This document shows, one piece after another, positions 40,553 through 48,504 of a stretch of DNA of 50,757 bases. Position numbers and translations under genes: made by a program. The DNA comes from an uncultured bacterium. Lineage in GTDB: Bacteria > Patescibacteriota > Minisyncoccia > Moranbacterales > UBA2206. The notes below the pieces were generated by a model. The model saw only the letters and a program-made list of their open reading frames with translations, searched no databases and had not been told where the DNA came from. The stretch spans positions 1 to 50,757 of the forward strand of contig CAIKZD010000006.1 in the NCBI GenBank assembly GCA_903831805.1, given 5' to 3'. The number at the start of each line of letters is the position of its first letter. Positions within the stretch are counted from its first letter, which is position 1.

Positions 40553-41627
40553 ATGTACGATAAATTAGTTAGTTTAGAAAACATTTTTATTAGTTGGAAA
40601 GAGTTTAAAAATGGCAAGCAGAGTAAGCCTGATGTCCAATTGTTTGAAAGATTTTTAGAGGATAATATTTTCGCTCTTCAAAAAGAGCTACAGGATTATA
40701 CTTATTGTCACGGCAAGTATAGAACATTTTTCATCCAAGACCCGAAACCAAGAATGATCAGCAAGGCTATTGTCAAAGACAGACTAGTGCATCACTTGGT
40801 GTTCAGGGAGCTTTATGCTGTTTTCAATTCTTCTTTCATTTTCCATTCATATTCATCTAGAGAAAAGAAAGGGTCTCACGCGGCTGTCAAAAATCTTTCA
40901 AAATGCTTGCGTAAAACAAGCGAGAATTACAATCATCCAGTCTATATTCTGAAATGCGACGTTAGAAAATTCTTTCAAAGCATGAATCACAAAAAACTTC
41001 TAGAGTTGATTGAGTGCAAAATTTTTGATAAAAATTTTTTGTGGTTGATTGAGGAGATAATAGGGAGTTTTTCTTCTGCTCCTCTTTCAACTTTGCAATT
41101 TACAGAAAATCCCTGGGGGGGGGGATTTAAAGGGCGGAAAAAATGAAAAAATAGGTTTGCCGATCGGCAATATTACTTCGCAAATTTTTGCCAACATATA
41201 CCTTAATGAATTGGACTGGTTTATAAAAGGAAAACTAAAAGTAAAAAATTATTTCCGTTATGCCGATGATTTTGTTATTGTCCATCCCAATAAGAGATAT
41301 CTTTTGGATACCTTGGAAGAAATTAAAATCTTTTTAAAAACCGAATTGAGTCTTCAGCTTCATCCGAAAAAAGTTTCTATTGGGAAATTTCATCGAGGTG
41401 TCGATTTCTTGGGCTATGCTTTGTTCCCTCATTATAGCGTATTGCGGACCAAAACTAAAAAAAGAATGTTTAAAAAAATATCGCTAAAACAAAAGATGTG
41501 TCGCGAGGGATTAGTTTTTAAAAAATCGCTCAATCAAAGTGTGCAATCGTATTTGGGGGTATTGAAACATTGCGAAGGATATGGAATAAAAAAAGAATTG
41601 GGTGAACTAATTCGCAGGAAAATTTAG
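40553..41627 (+). pseudogene. DGR reverse transcriptase, split by a frameshift at a G10 tract (41115-41124)
   Basis: ORF 40553-41146 (KDRLVHH, SYSSR..KGSH, KCDVRKFF) and downstream frame (GLPIGNITSQ, YADD, DFLGY). Removing one G fuses them into 357 aa. Confidence 0.9.
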
Positions 41628-41638
41628 TGATATTTAAG

Positions 41639-41691
41639 GCTAAATCAAGGCGAGGCCTTGGGAAATTCCCAAGGCCTCGCCTTGATTTAGC
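41639..41691. repeat. REP doublet (53-nt palindrome) of the RAYT family
   Basis: 26-bp perfect arms containing caaggcgaggccttgggaa. Confidence 0.85.
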
Positions 41692-41702
41692 TGTCCAGTC
41701 GT

Positions 41703-43829
41703 TTATTCCAAATGAATATGCTCGGAAAATTTTTGCAAAGCATCCGCCAGGGGCGGGTGTTTTTTTAGTTGGGGATCAACTTTCAAAATCGCAGACGCTT
41801 CTTCTTGCGCGAATTTGATGAGTTTTACGTTGGTCAGATTTTCCATAGTGATGTCGGGGAGGCCGGACTGGACCACGCCGAAGAATTGCCCTGGGCCGCG
41901 CAGTTTCAAATCGGCTTCGGCGATGACAAAACCGTCATTGGTTTTTTCAAGGGTGCGCAGGCGTTCGGATTTTTTCTGACTGAAGAGGAAGCAGTAGGAT
42001 TGATGCGCTCCGCGGCCGACGCGACCACGGAATTGATGCAATTGCGAAAGGCCGAAACGTTCGGCGTTTTCAATAATCATAATGCTGGCGTTGGGAATGT
42101 CCACGCCGACTTCCACGACAGAAGTGGAAACTAAAATATCAAATTCTCTATTTTTAAATTTTTGCATGACCTCCTCTTTTTCTTTCGGTTTCAATTTGCC
42201 ATGCAAAAGCCCGAGCTTAAATTCCGGAAAAACTTTTTCTGACAGTCTTTGATGCTCGGTCGTGGCCGCTTTTACTTCGGCCATAGTGGCGGAAAGCGAC
42301 TCATCAATCAAAGGAAAAATAATGAAAACCTGACGGCCCTTTTTGATTTCGCTTTTGATGAGGGCATAAATCTTATGATTTTCCTCCGGTGCGACGACAG
42401 TGGTGATGATTGGTTTCCGATTTTTCGGCATCTCGTCCAAGATGGATAAATCTAAACTGCCAAAGAAAGCGATGGATAGAGTTCTGGGAATGGGCGTGGC
42501 AGTCATAGTGAGGAGATGGGGGATAGTTTTTTTTGCGCCGTCATTGATGCTGGCGGTTTCTTGTTGTAAGGCGGCACGTTGGGCCACGCCGAAGCGATGC
42601 TGTTCGTCGATAATGACTAGAGCCATATTTTTAAAAGCCACGTCTTTTTGAATGAGAGCGTGAGTGCCGATGATTAGGTTTATCTCGCCTGATTTTATTT
42701 CGTCTAATAATTCATCTCGCTTAATGGCCAGTGCCAAAAAATCGGAGCTCAACTCCGAATCGGAGTTGAGCTCCGATTTTTTGTTTAAAAGCTTATATGA
42801 ATTGGTTAAAAGCGCGATATTAAAATCATAATCTTTGAATAACTCACAAAAACTCTCAAAATGTTGTTTGGCCAGCACTTCTGTTGGGGCCATGATGGCC
42901 ACTTGATGACCGGCGGAAACAACTTGCAGGGCCGCGACGGCCGCGACGACGGTTTTACCGCTGCCGACGTCGCCGTTCAAGAGGCGATTCATGGGCTGGG
43001 GCTTTTCCAAATCTTTCAAAATTTCGAAAGTGGACTTGCGTTGCGCATCGGTCAAAGTGAAGGGCAATTTTTTCACGAAAGATTGGATTAATTTTTCATC
43101 GAAAACTATGCTTAGTGATTTTTTGCCGGCCCAATCCTTTTTGATTTTTTGCGTCTGCAGTTGTACCAAAAACATTTCTTGAAAAGCCATGCGTTTTTGG
43201 GCGCGCAACAATTTCTCACGCGACTCGGGAAAATGCAACTCCGTAAGGGCGGTGAAAATATCATACAGATGATATTTTTCACGCAGCTCGGCCGACAAAA
43301 CATCCGGCATCTCCCGCGCCGCCTCTAACAATATTTTGATCTGCCAGCGCAGCCATTTAGAAGTCAGGCCCTTGGTCTCGGGATAGATCGGGACGAGACA
43401 GCCAGTGTTGGTGGCATCACGGGCGGATCTTTCCCAGGCCGGGTTACTCATGGAGAAAACATCATCATCCATGGATAATTTTCCAGAGAGCCGGATGGTT
43501 GATCCGACAATCAAGCTATCTAAAATATACGACTGGTTGAACCACACCGCTTTCATTTCAATCTCATTATCGTCCATAATAAAAACTTCTGTGATGGTCA
43601 TCCGTTTTTTCCAGGTGCGGATATTTTTGGCTTTGATTATGCGCCCTTCTATGGTTACGGTTTGTTCGAGGTATTCTTCCAAGAGGGCAACGGTCCGGCG
43701 AAAATCATCATAGCGAGCCGGCAAGTGGAACAGCAGGTCGCGTACGGTCAAAAGCCCCAACTTGGCCAGAGCTTGGGCATATTTCGGCGTCACGCGCGGC
43801 AGATTTTTGAGAGGAGTGTTGAGAGACAT
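41703..43829 (-). CDS. recG: ATP-dependent DNA helicase RecG
   Basis: MNRLLNGDVGSGKT, DEQHRFG, MTATPIPRTL, ERFGLSQLHQFRGRVGRG, DLKLRGPG. Confidence 0.96.
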   Translation of the reverse strand: MSLNTPLKNLPRVTPKYAQALAKLGLLTVRDLLFHLPARYDDFRRTVALLEEYLEQTVTIEGRIIKAKNIRTWKKRMTITEVFIMDDNEIEMKAVWFNQSYILDSLIVGSTIRLSGKLSMDDDVFSMSNPAWERSARDATNTGCLVPIYPETKGLTSKWLRWQIKILLEAAREMPDVLSAELREKYHLYDIFTALTELHFPESREKLLRAQKRMAFQEMFLVQLQTQKIKKDWAGKKSLSIVFDEKLIQSFVKKLPFTLTDAQRKSTFEILKDLEKPQPMNRLLNGDVGSGKTVVAAVAALQVVSAGHQVAIMAPTEVLAKQHFESFCELFKDYDFNIALLTNSYKLLNKKSELNSDSELSSDFLALAIKRDELLDEIKSGEINLIIGTHALIQKDVAFKNMALVIIDEQHRFGVAQRAALQQETASINDGAKKTIPHLLTMTATPIPRTLSIAFFGSLDLSILDEMPKNRKPIITTVVAPEENHKIYALIKSEIKKGRQVFIIFPLIDESLSATMAEVKAATTEHQRLSEKVFPEFKLGLLHGKLKPKEKEEVMQKFKNREFDILVSTSVVEVGVDIPNASIMIIENAERFGLSQLHQFRGRVGRGAHQSYCFLFSQKKSERLRTLEKTNDGFVIAEADLKLRGPGQFFGVVQSGLPDITMENLTNVKLIKFAQEEASAILKVDPQLKKHPPLADALQKFSEHIHLE

Positions 43830-43927
43830 AGTTCAAGTATAGCCGTATCTCGAAAACATCTCAACTTGGATATAATTTTCCAAGTCTTGATATTAACAAA
43901 AATATCTGATATCCTTAGTAAAGTACT

Positions 43928-44014
43928 GGAGAGGTGGCTGAGTGGTCGAAAGCGGCACACTGCTAACGTGTTGACCTCTAACCGGGTCCCAGGGTTCGAA
44001 TCCCTGCCTCTCCG
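43928..44014 (+). tRNA. tRNA-Ser(GCU)
   Basis: Anticodon loop ctGCTaa, long variable arm, GGTTCGAATCC. Confidence 0.9.
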
Positions 44015-44139
44015 CTCTATATTTACAGTAGCGTAAAATAACTAAAATTTTATGTTTGGTGGAATATTTGCAATTTTTGTGTTGGCTATGGCCATCGTTG
44101 GCGTTTTTTATCTAATCAAATACCTCAGATAAAATTTTT

Positions 44140-44200
44140 GCGCTTATAGCTCAGTGGATAGAGCGGTCCGATGTGCATCGGACAGGTCTCGATTATGTTT
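44140..44200 (+). pseudogene. Partial duplicate of tRNA-Arg(GCG)
   Basis: Acceptor 5' strand and D-arm identical to 44214-44239; anticodon arm replaced by a palindrome; T-arm degenerate. Confidence 0.65.
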
Positions 44201-44213
44201 CGATTTAATTTAT

Positions 44214-44286
44214 GCGCTTATAGCTCAGTGGATAGAGCGTCTGGTTGCGGTCCAGAAGGTCGCAGGTTCGATTCCTGCTAAGCGCA
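44214..44286 (+). tRNA. tRNA-Arg(GCG)
   Basis: Anticodon arm tctgg-ttGCGgt-ccaga. Confidence 0.92.
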
Positions 44287-44453
44287 CAATAAAATAATCT
44301 TCAAAATAAAAATCCTTACCCAGAAATTTTAACCCGGAGGAGGATTTTTTTGTAATTTAATATTTCCCGGCTGTGGATAAATAGTTGTCTCACCCTTTAG
44401 TTTTGGCGAAATCGTGGTATAATAAAAAAAGAAAATAAACTCAAAACAAAAAA

Positions 44454-46955
44454 ATGGAAAGAAAAAAAATAATCATGCTTGTAATGTCTATTCTAGCTAT
44501 TGTTTTTTTTGTGCTGGACTATGTTTTTGTGGTGCAAAAAAATAAAGTGAATGAGAGCAATAAGCAAACCACTGCTCAACAGCAAGAAAAAAGCGATCCC
44601 TCCAATGTATCTGCCAATTCAGGCATAATTGATGTTTCAGGTGGCACCCTTATCTCGCAGAATAATAATAGTTTCAAGGTGAAGTTCCATATTAAGAATG
44701 AACAAAGCTATGCCCAAGCCGGCATCAAATATTTTGTGAACTTGAATAATTTTGATAATGCGGTGCCACAAAAAATATTCTTCGAATACCCAATCAACAG
44801 AGAGACATATCAAGACAGCATCTCCATCGGTGCCAATAGCGAATTGGAAAAAGAGATTACCTATGAAGCTCCTTCATATTTGCAAGGGAAGTTCCATCTA
44901 TCTGTTGCATTTTTCCAAGCGGAGTCAGGCTACTATCTGGATAGGATTGATATTGGCGACTTCAATCTTGTTAAAAGTGCTGATTTTGTCGAAATAGATC
45001 CGGGCACTTGCTATTTGAAAGTGGAAAGCGACAAGAAAGATGATAAAGTATTTGGACCTTTGAACGGAGTGGATGTTTCCAAAGAAGAAGCACTGACAGC
45101 ACATTGTAAGATTAATAATTACTTTAATCAGGCTATGACTGTTTCTCCTCAGTTTACCAATTATTATCGAGGAGACTATGTGGGAAAAGTTGTTCCGCAA
45201 GAAGAGAAGTCATTTGAACAAATAGCTCTTAATCCCGGAGAAACGAAGGAAGTCACTTTGGCAGTTCCTCGTGCTCTTCAACCTCAAGCCTATGACGCCT
45301 CGCTTACCCTGATGGATGAAAACGGCAAAAAAGTCTCCAACAGCATCTCTTTCCACTATGTTTTGAGCGGGCAAAGCGCGACCATCCACGATATCCAGCC
45401 GGACAAGCAAGGTTATGGGAAGGGCGACGTGGCTAATGTTTCTGTAGTTTGGGGCGGTGCGGCGGATGGTTTCCAGGATTCCCGCCTCGGAGGAACGCCA
45501 GCAGATGGACTTACACTTGAAATAGCCGTGAAAAACTCGCAAGGAGAAAGTTGCCTGGACAGAAATGGAACAACTGCCCTGGATGTTGCTGGTAATTCTA
45601 ATGCCCAGGTGCCTTTGAAAATCACTAAGGAGTGCGCTCATCCAATATTTTCGGCTACGATCCGCGATAAAAAAGGCGAAGTTTTAGATACTAAAGAATT
45701 TTCTCCTACAGAATCGTTATCAGGAAAGAGTGACAATAGCAAGATATTTATGATCGCCATAGGCATGTTGTTCATTATTGCTCTAATTATCTTAGTGGGC
45801 GTTCTCTTTTGGAAGAAAAAGATAGGGAAAGGAAGTGTGTCCATAATAATTTTTGCTTTGTTTGTCTCGGGGGTTTCCATCATACTGTTTTTTTATCATG
45901 TTGAGAGTGGGAGTGCAGGTAATGGTAATGAGGTTGATCTGGGCTATGGCTGTTTTCAGTATATGGATTGCATGAATATACATTGCTATGGTGGATGTAA
46001 TGGTGCCCCTACAAAAAACGATTATCCATCGAGTGCAGCTGGACCTAACACACCGCTATGCGCTTGGGGATCTCCTTCACCTGCAAGCGTGTCCTTTCCT
46101 GCAGGAAAATATGGAACGGACAGTAACGTCACATGGAATTGCATACCGTATGATATGGGTAGTTACGCTTATCAGCATGGTTGGTACTTCTCCGGTTATA
46201 CGCAAACATGTCAGGCGCAACGATTAGTGCCAACACAGATTATCCCAAGTTGCTCCATTAATTTTTCTCCGTCAACACTTATGGTTGGGAGTACCGGAAG
46301 CATTACAACGGTTGTTACGAATGATGCCGATAATCTGATGCATACCACTTGCACTTTTAATGGTGTACCAACTACCAGTGATTTACCAGCAGGAACTTGG
46401 AACAACCAAGTGTTTGCTGTAGCCGGCACGAAGTCTTGTACGGGTACAGTGATTAGCTCAACTGGCGACTCTGCTACTTGTAGTGGTTCGGTGACTTCTA
46501 TTTCCCCGCCTTCAAAACCGACATTAGTAGGCCCAGCTATTGGGAATGTGAACACCTCGTATAATTTTACGGCCAGTGGATCAATAGATCCCGAGGGAGA
46601 CAATATTCAATATAAATTTGATTGGAATAATGATGATACACCTGATCAATCTACCGGTTTTGTGTTATCCGGTACCTCTCAAACTTTGCCGTACCAGTGG
46701 GCGGCGTCTGGCAGCAAATCTTTGAAGGTGGAAGCGTGTGATACTTCTGGAAGTTGTTCACCTTGGTCTGATGTGCTTACGATCACTATTTCGGATTGTG
46801 TGGCTATAACTCCCCTGTGGAGTGATTGTACGGAAAGCTGTGGGAACGATGGCGCGCAAACCAGAACACTGACTTATGCCGATTGTAGTACAGAACTTCA
46901 GACGCAAGTTTGCAACCGGACAGCTTGTCCCCAATGGAGAGAAGTTATCCCGTAG
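44454..46955 (+). CDS. Large surface membrane protein with Ig/PKD-like domains and a TSP1-like C-terminus
   Basis: N-terminal TM, two internal TMs, DPEGDNIQYKFDW (PKD-like), WSDCTESCG...QTR...CNRTACP, ends WREVIP. Confidence 0.75.
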   Translation: MERKKIIMLVMSILAIVFFVLDYVFVVQKNKVNESNKQTTAQQQEKSDPSNVSANSGIIDVSGGTLISQNNNSFKVKFHIKNEQSYAQAGIKYFVNLNNFDNAVPQKIFFEYPINRETYQDSISIGANSELEKEITYEAPSYLQGKFHLSVAFFQAESGYYLDRIDIGDFNLVKSADFVEIDPGTCYLKVESDKKDDKVFGPLNGVDVSKEEALTAHCKINNYFNQAMTVSPQFTNYYRGDYVGKVVPQEEKSFEQIALNPGETKEVTLAVPRALQPQAYDASLTLMDENGKKVSNSISFHYVLSGQSATIHDIQPDKQGYGKGDVANVSVVWGGAADGFQDSRLGGTPADGLTLEIAVKNSQGESCLDRNGTTALDVAGNSNAQVPLKITKECAHPIFSATIRDKKGEVLDTKEFSPTESLSGKSDNSKIFMIAIGMLFIIALIILVGVLFWKKKIGKGSVSIIIFALFVSGVSIILFFYHVESGSAGNGNEVDLGYGCFQYMDCMNIHCYGGCNGAPTKNDYPSSAAGPNTPLCAWGSPSPASVSFPAGKYGTDSNVTWNCIPYDMGSYAYQHGWYFSGYTQTCQAQRLVPTQIIPSCSINFSPSTLMVGSTGSITTVVTNDADNLMHTTCTFNGVPTTSDLPAGTWNNQVFAVAGTKSCTGTVISSTGDSATCSGSVTSISPPSKPTLVGPAIGNVNTSYNFTASGSIDPEGDNIQYKFDWNNDDTPDQSTGFVLSGTSQTLPYQWAASGSKSLKVEACDTSGSCSPWSDVLTITISDCVAITPLWSDCTESCGNDGAQTRTLTYADCSTELQTQVCNRTACPQWREVIP

Positions 46956-46974
46956 AATAAAAAATAAAAGTTTG

Positions 46975-47016
46975 AACAAAAAACAACTCCTGATGTTGAA
47001 GGAGTTGTTTTTTGTT
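46975..47016. terminator. Bidirectional intrinsic terminator
   Basis: aacaaaaaacaactcc-10 nt-ggagttgttttttgtt. Confidence 0.75.
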
Positions 47017-47105
47017 AGGCGCTATTGTGAAGTTGAGGGCAGTGAAGTATACTTACAGTAGAATAAATTTTACGATAATTAGATTACGCACTGGTTTGTT
47101 TTCTG

Positions 47106-47192
47106 CGGAAGAGGTGAGATTCGAACTCACGGAACCCTTTCAGGTTCGACAGTTTTCAAGACTGTTGCCTTCAACCACTCGGCCACTCTTCC
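47106..47192 (-). tRNA. tRNA-Ser(UGA)
   Basis: Anticodon arm acagt-ctTGAaa-actgt; long variable arm. Confidence 0.92.
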
Positions 47193-47260
47193 ATAAACAC
47201 TTGTCTAATGATAGCAAAACTGGCGAAAATGTAAACAGGTAATAAGTTTATTAAAAATAT

Positions 47261-47881
47261 ATGTACATCGGTCAAAATAAAAAAGATATGCAAGAACAGA
47301 AAAGAAAAGAGCGCGAGCTGGATTCTTTTTATCAAACGAATAAAGTTGAAACCGAATTGTCTTCGCCGGGTAGGCGAGCGCAAGAAGAGGTGGAGCATGC
47401 CGCCAAGCCTCACCATCTGAAAGATGCTTTTCTACATTGGCGCGCGCCGGAATTCGAAGTTTCTTCGCGGGATCGTAAGTGGTATTTCTATGTCACACTA
47501 GTGCTTTTGATTATCGTAGTGTATGCACTTTTCACGAATGCGCTCATTATGGCCATCACTTTCATTTTGATTGGCATGGTTGGCTATATCTATATCCAGA
47601 AAGAACCGCGCATCTTGGATTTTGCCTTGATGGAAGAGGGGATTGTGGCAGGCCGGGAAATTTATGAATTTGCTAATCTGAAATCTTTCTGGATTTTCTA
47701 CGAGGAACATGGGTTGCAAGTCATTAGTTTCCACACCAATAGCTATCTCTTGCCCTATATCCATGTTCCGATTCACGATCAAGATCCGGTCAGGATGCGG
47801 GAAATTCTCCTGGGCTTTCTCAGTGAAGAAAAGCATGAACCAGGCATTTCGGAAGTTTTGGGTCGAGTTTTGCATCTGTAG
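47261..47881 (+). CDS. Conserved 2-TM hypothetical protein
   Basis: WRAPEF..RDRKWY, two TMs, LKSFWIFYE. Confidence 0.75.
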   Translation: MYIGQNKKDMQEQKRKERELDSFYQTNKVETELSSPGRRAQEEVEHAAKPHHLKDAFLHWRAPEFEVSSRDRKWYFYVTLVLLIIVVYALFTNALIMAITFILIGMVGYIYIQKEPRILDFALMEEGIVAGREIYEFANLKSFWIFYEEHGLQVISFHTNSYLLPYIHVPIHDQDPVRMREILLGFLSEEKHEPGISEVLGRVLHL

Positions 47882-48006
47882 GTCGCCTCATCGGCGACTA
47901 AGATTATCCTAGGTGGAAATGGGTTCGCTATTGCGAATCGAAGCCCGCTTTCGCGCGACTTCAGCGGACTGCGTCACGCCGAAGCCGAGCTTCAGCGAGG
48001 CGAAGG

Positions 48007-48080
48007 CGGAGTGTGGTATAGTGGTATTACGCACGATTCGGGTTCGTGTAATCTGGGTTCGATTCCCAGCACTCCGACCA
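48007..48080 (+). tRNA. tRNA-Pro(CGG)
   Basis: Anticodon arm cacga-ttCGGgt-tcgtg; CCA encoded. Confidence 0.9.
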
Positions 48081-48152
48081 AAACAGACCCTCTCTGTCGT
48101 GAGTACACGACATCTCTTCCGAGTACAGGCGAGAGGGAAATCAAACCTACTA

Positions 48153-48223
48153 CGGGCTGTAGTATACCGGTAGTACGCGTCCATGGGGTGGATGTAGACT
48201 GAGTTCGATTCTCAGCAGCCCGA
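48153..48223 (+). tRNA. tRNA-Pro(GGG)
   Basis: Acceptor cgggctg/cagcccg; anticodon arm cgtcc-atGGGgt-ggatg. Confidence 0.88.
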
Positions 48224-48260
48224 CGGAAGTCGCCTCATCGGCGACCCGCCGATGAGGCGG

Positions 48261-48418
48261 GTACGCAAGGCTGGGGGTCTTGTAGTTGGAGTTCCCTGCC
48301 CGCAATGCCTTGCATACTAATATAAAGTTGAGATTTTACAAAGCAATATGAAATTTGTGTAACCTCAATTTAATGTTAGCGGGCATTGCAAGGCAGGCGG
48401 GGATTCTCCACACCCCGA
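48261..48418 (+). pseudogene. Interrupted tRNA-Pro(GGG)-like gene with a 107-nt insertion in the T-loop
   Basis: gtacg-caagg-ctGGGgg-tcttg-tagt-tggag-ttc[48295-48401]gatt-ctcca-caccccga; 5' acceptor strand missing. Confidence 0.7.
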
Positions 48419-48504
48419 CAAAAAGAACCCCTCTGTCACGGGTACGTGACGTCTCCCCTCAGTACGGGGGAGAGGGAGGAAAAAAGACGCGATGAATCGC
48501 GTCT

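Larger units (their letters stand above)
38724..41627 (+). mobile_element. Diversity-generating retroelement (target-VR, TR, avd, RT)
   Basis: VR/TR pair with adenine-only mismatches, Avd-like gene, DGR-type RT. Confidence 0.95.

Noticed and set aside
40549-40617. Longer avd start at 40617 given by the ORF track
   Set aside because: It would overlap the RT 5' end; the Avd-like sequence begins at Met 40548.
40553-41627. RT as a group II intron or retron RT
   Set aside because: Short, no maturase/endonuclease extension or intron domain V seen; avd and TR/VR are adjacent.
47909-48202. Short ORFs over 47.9-48.2 kb (also 20910-21263 and 26584-26967)
   Set aside because: They overlap tRNA genes and repeats; spurious.
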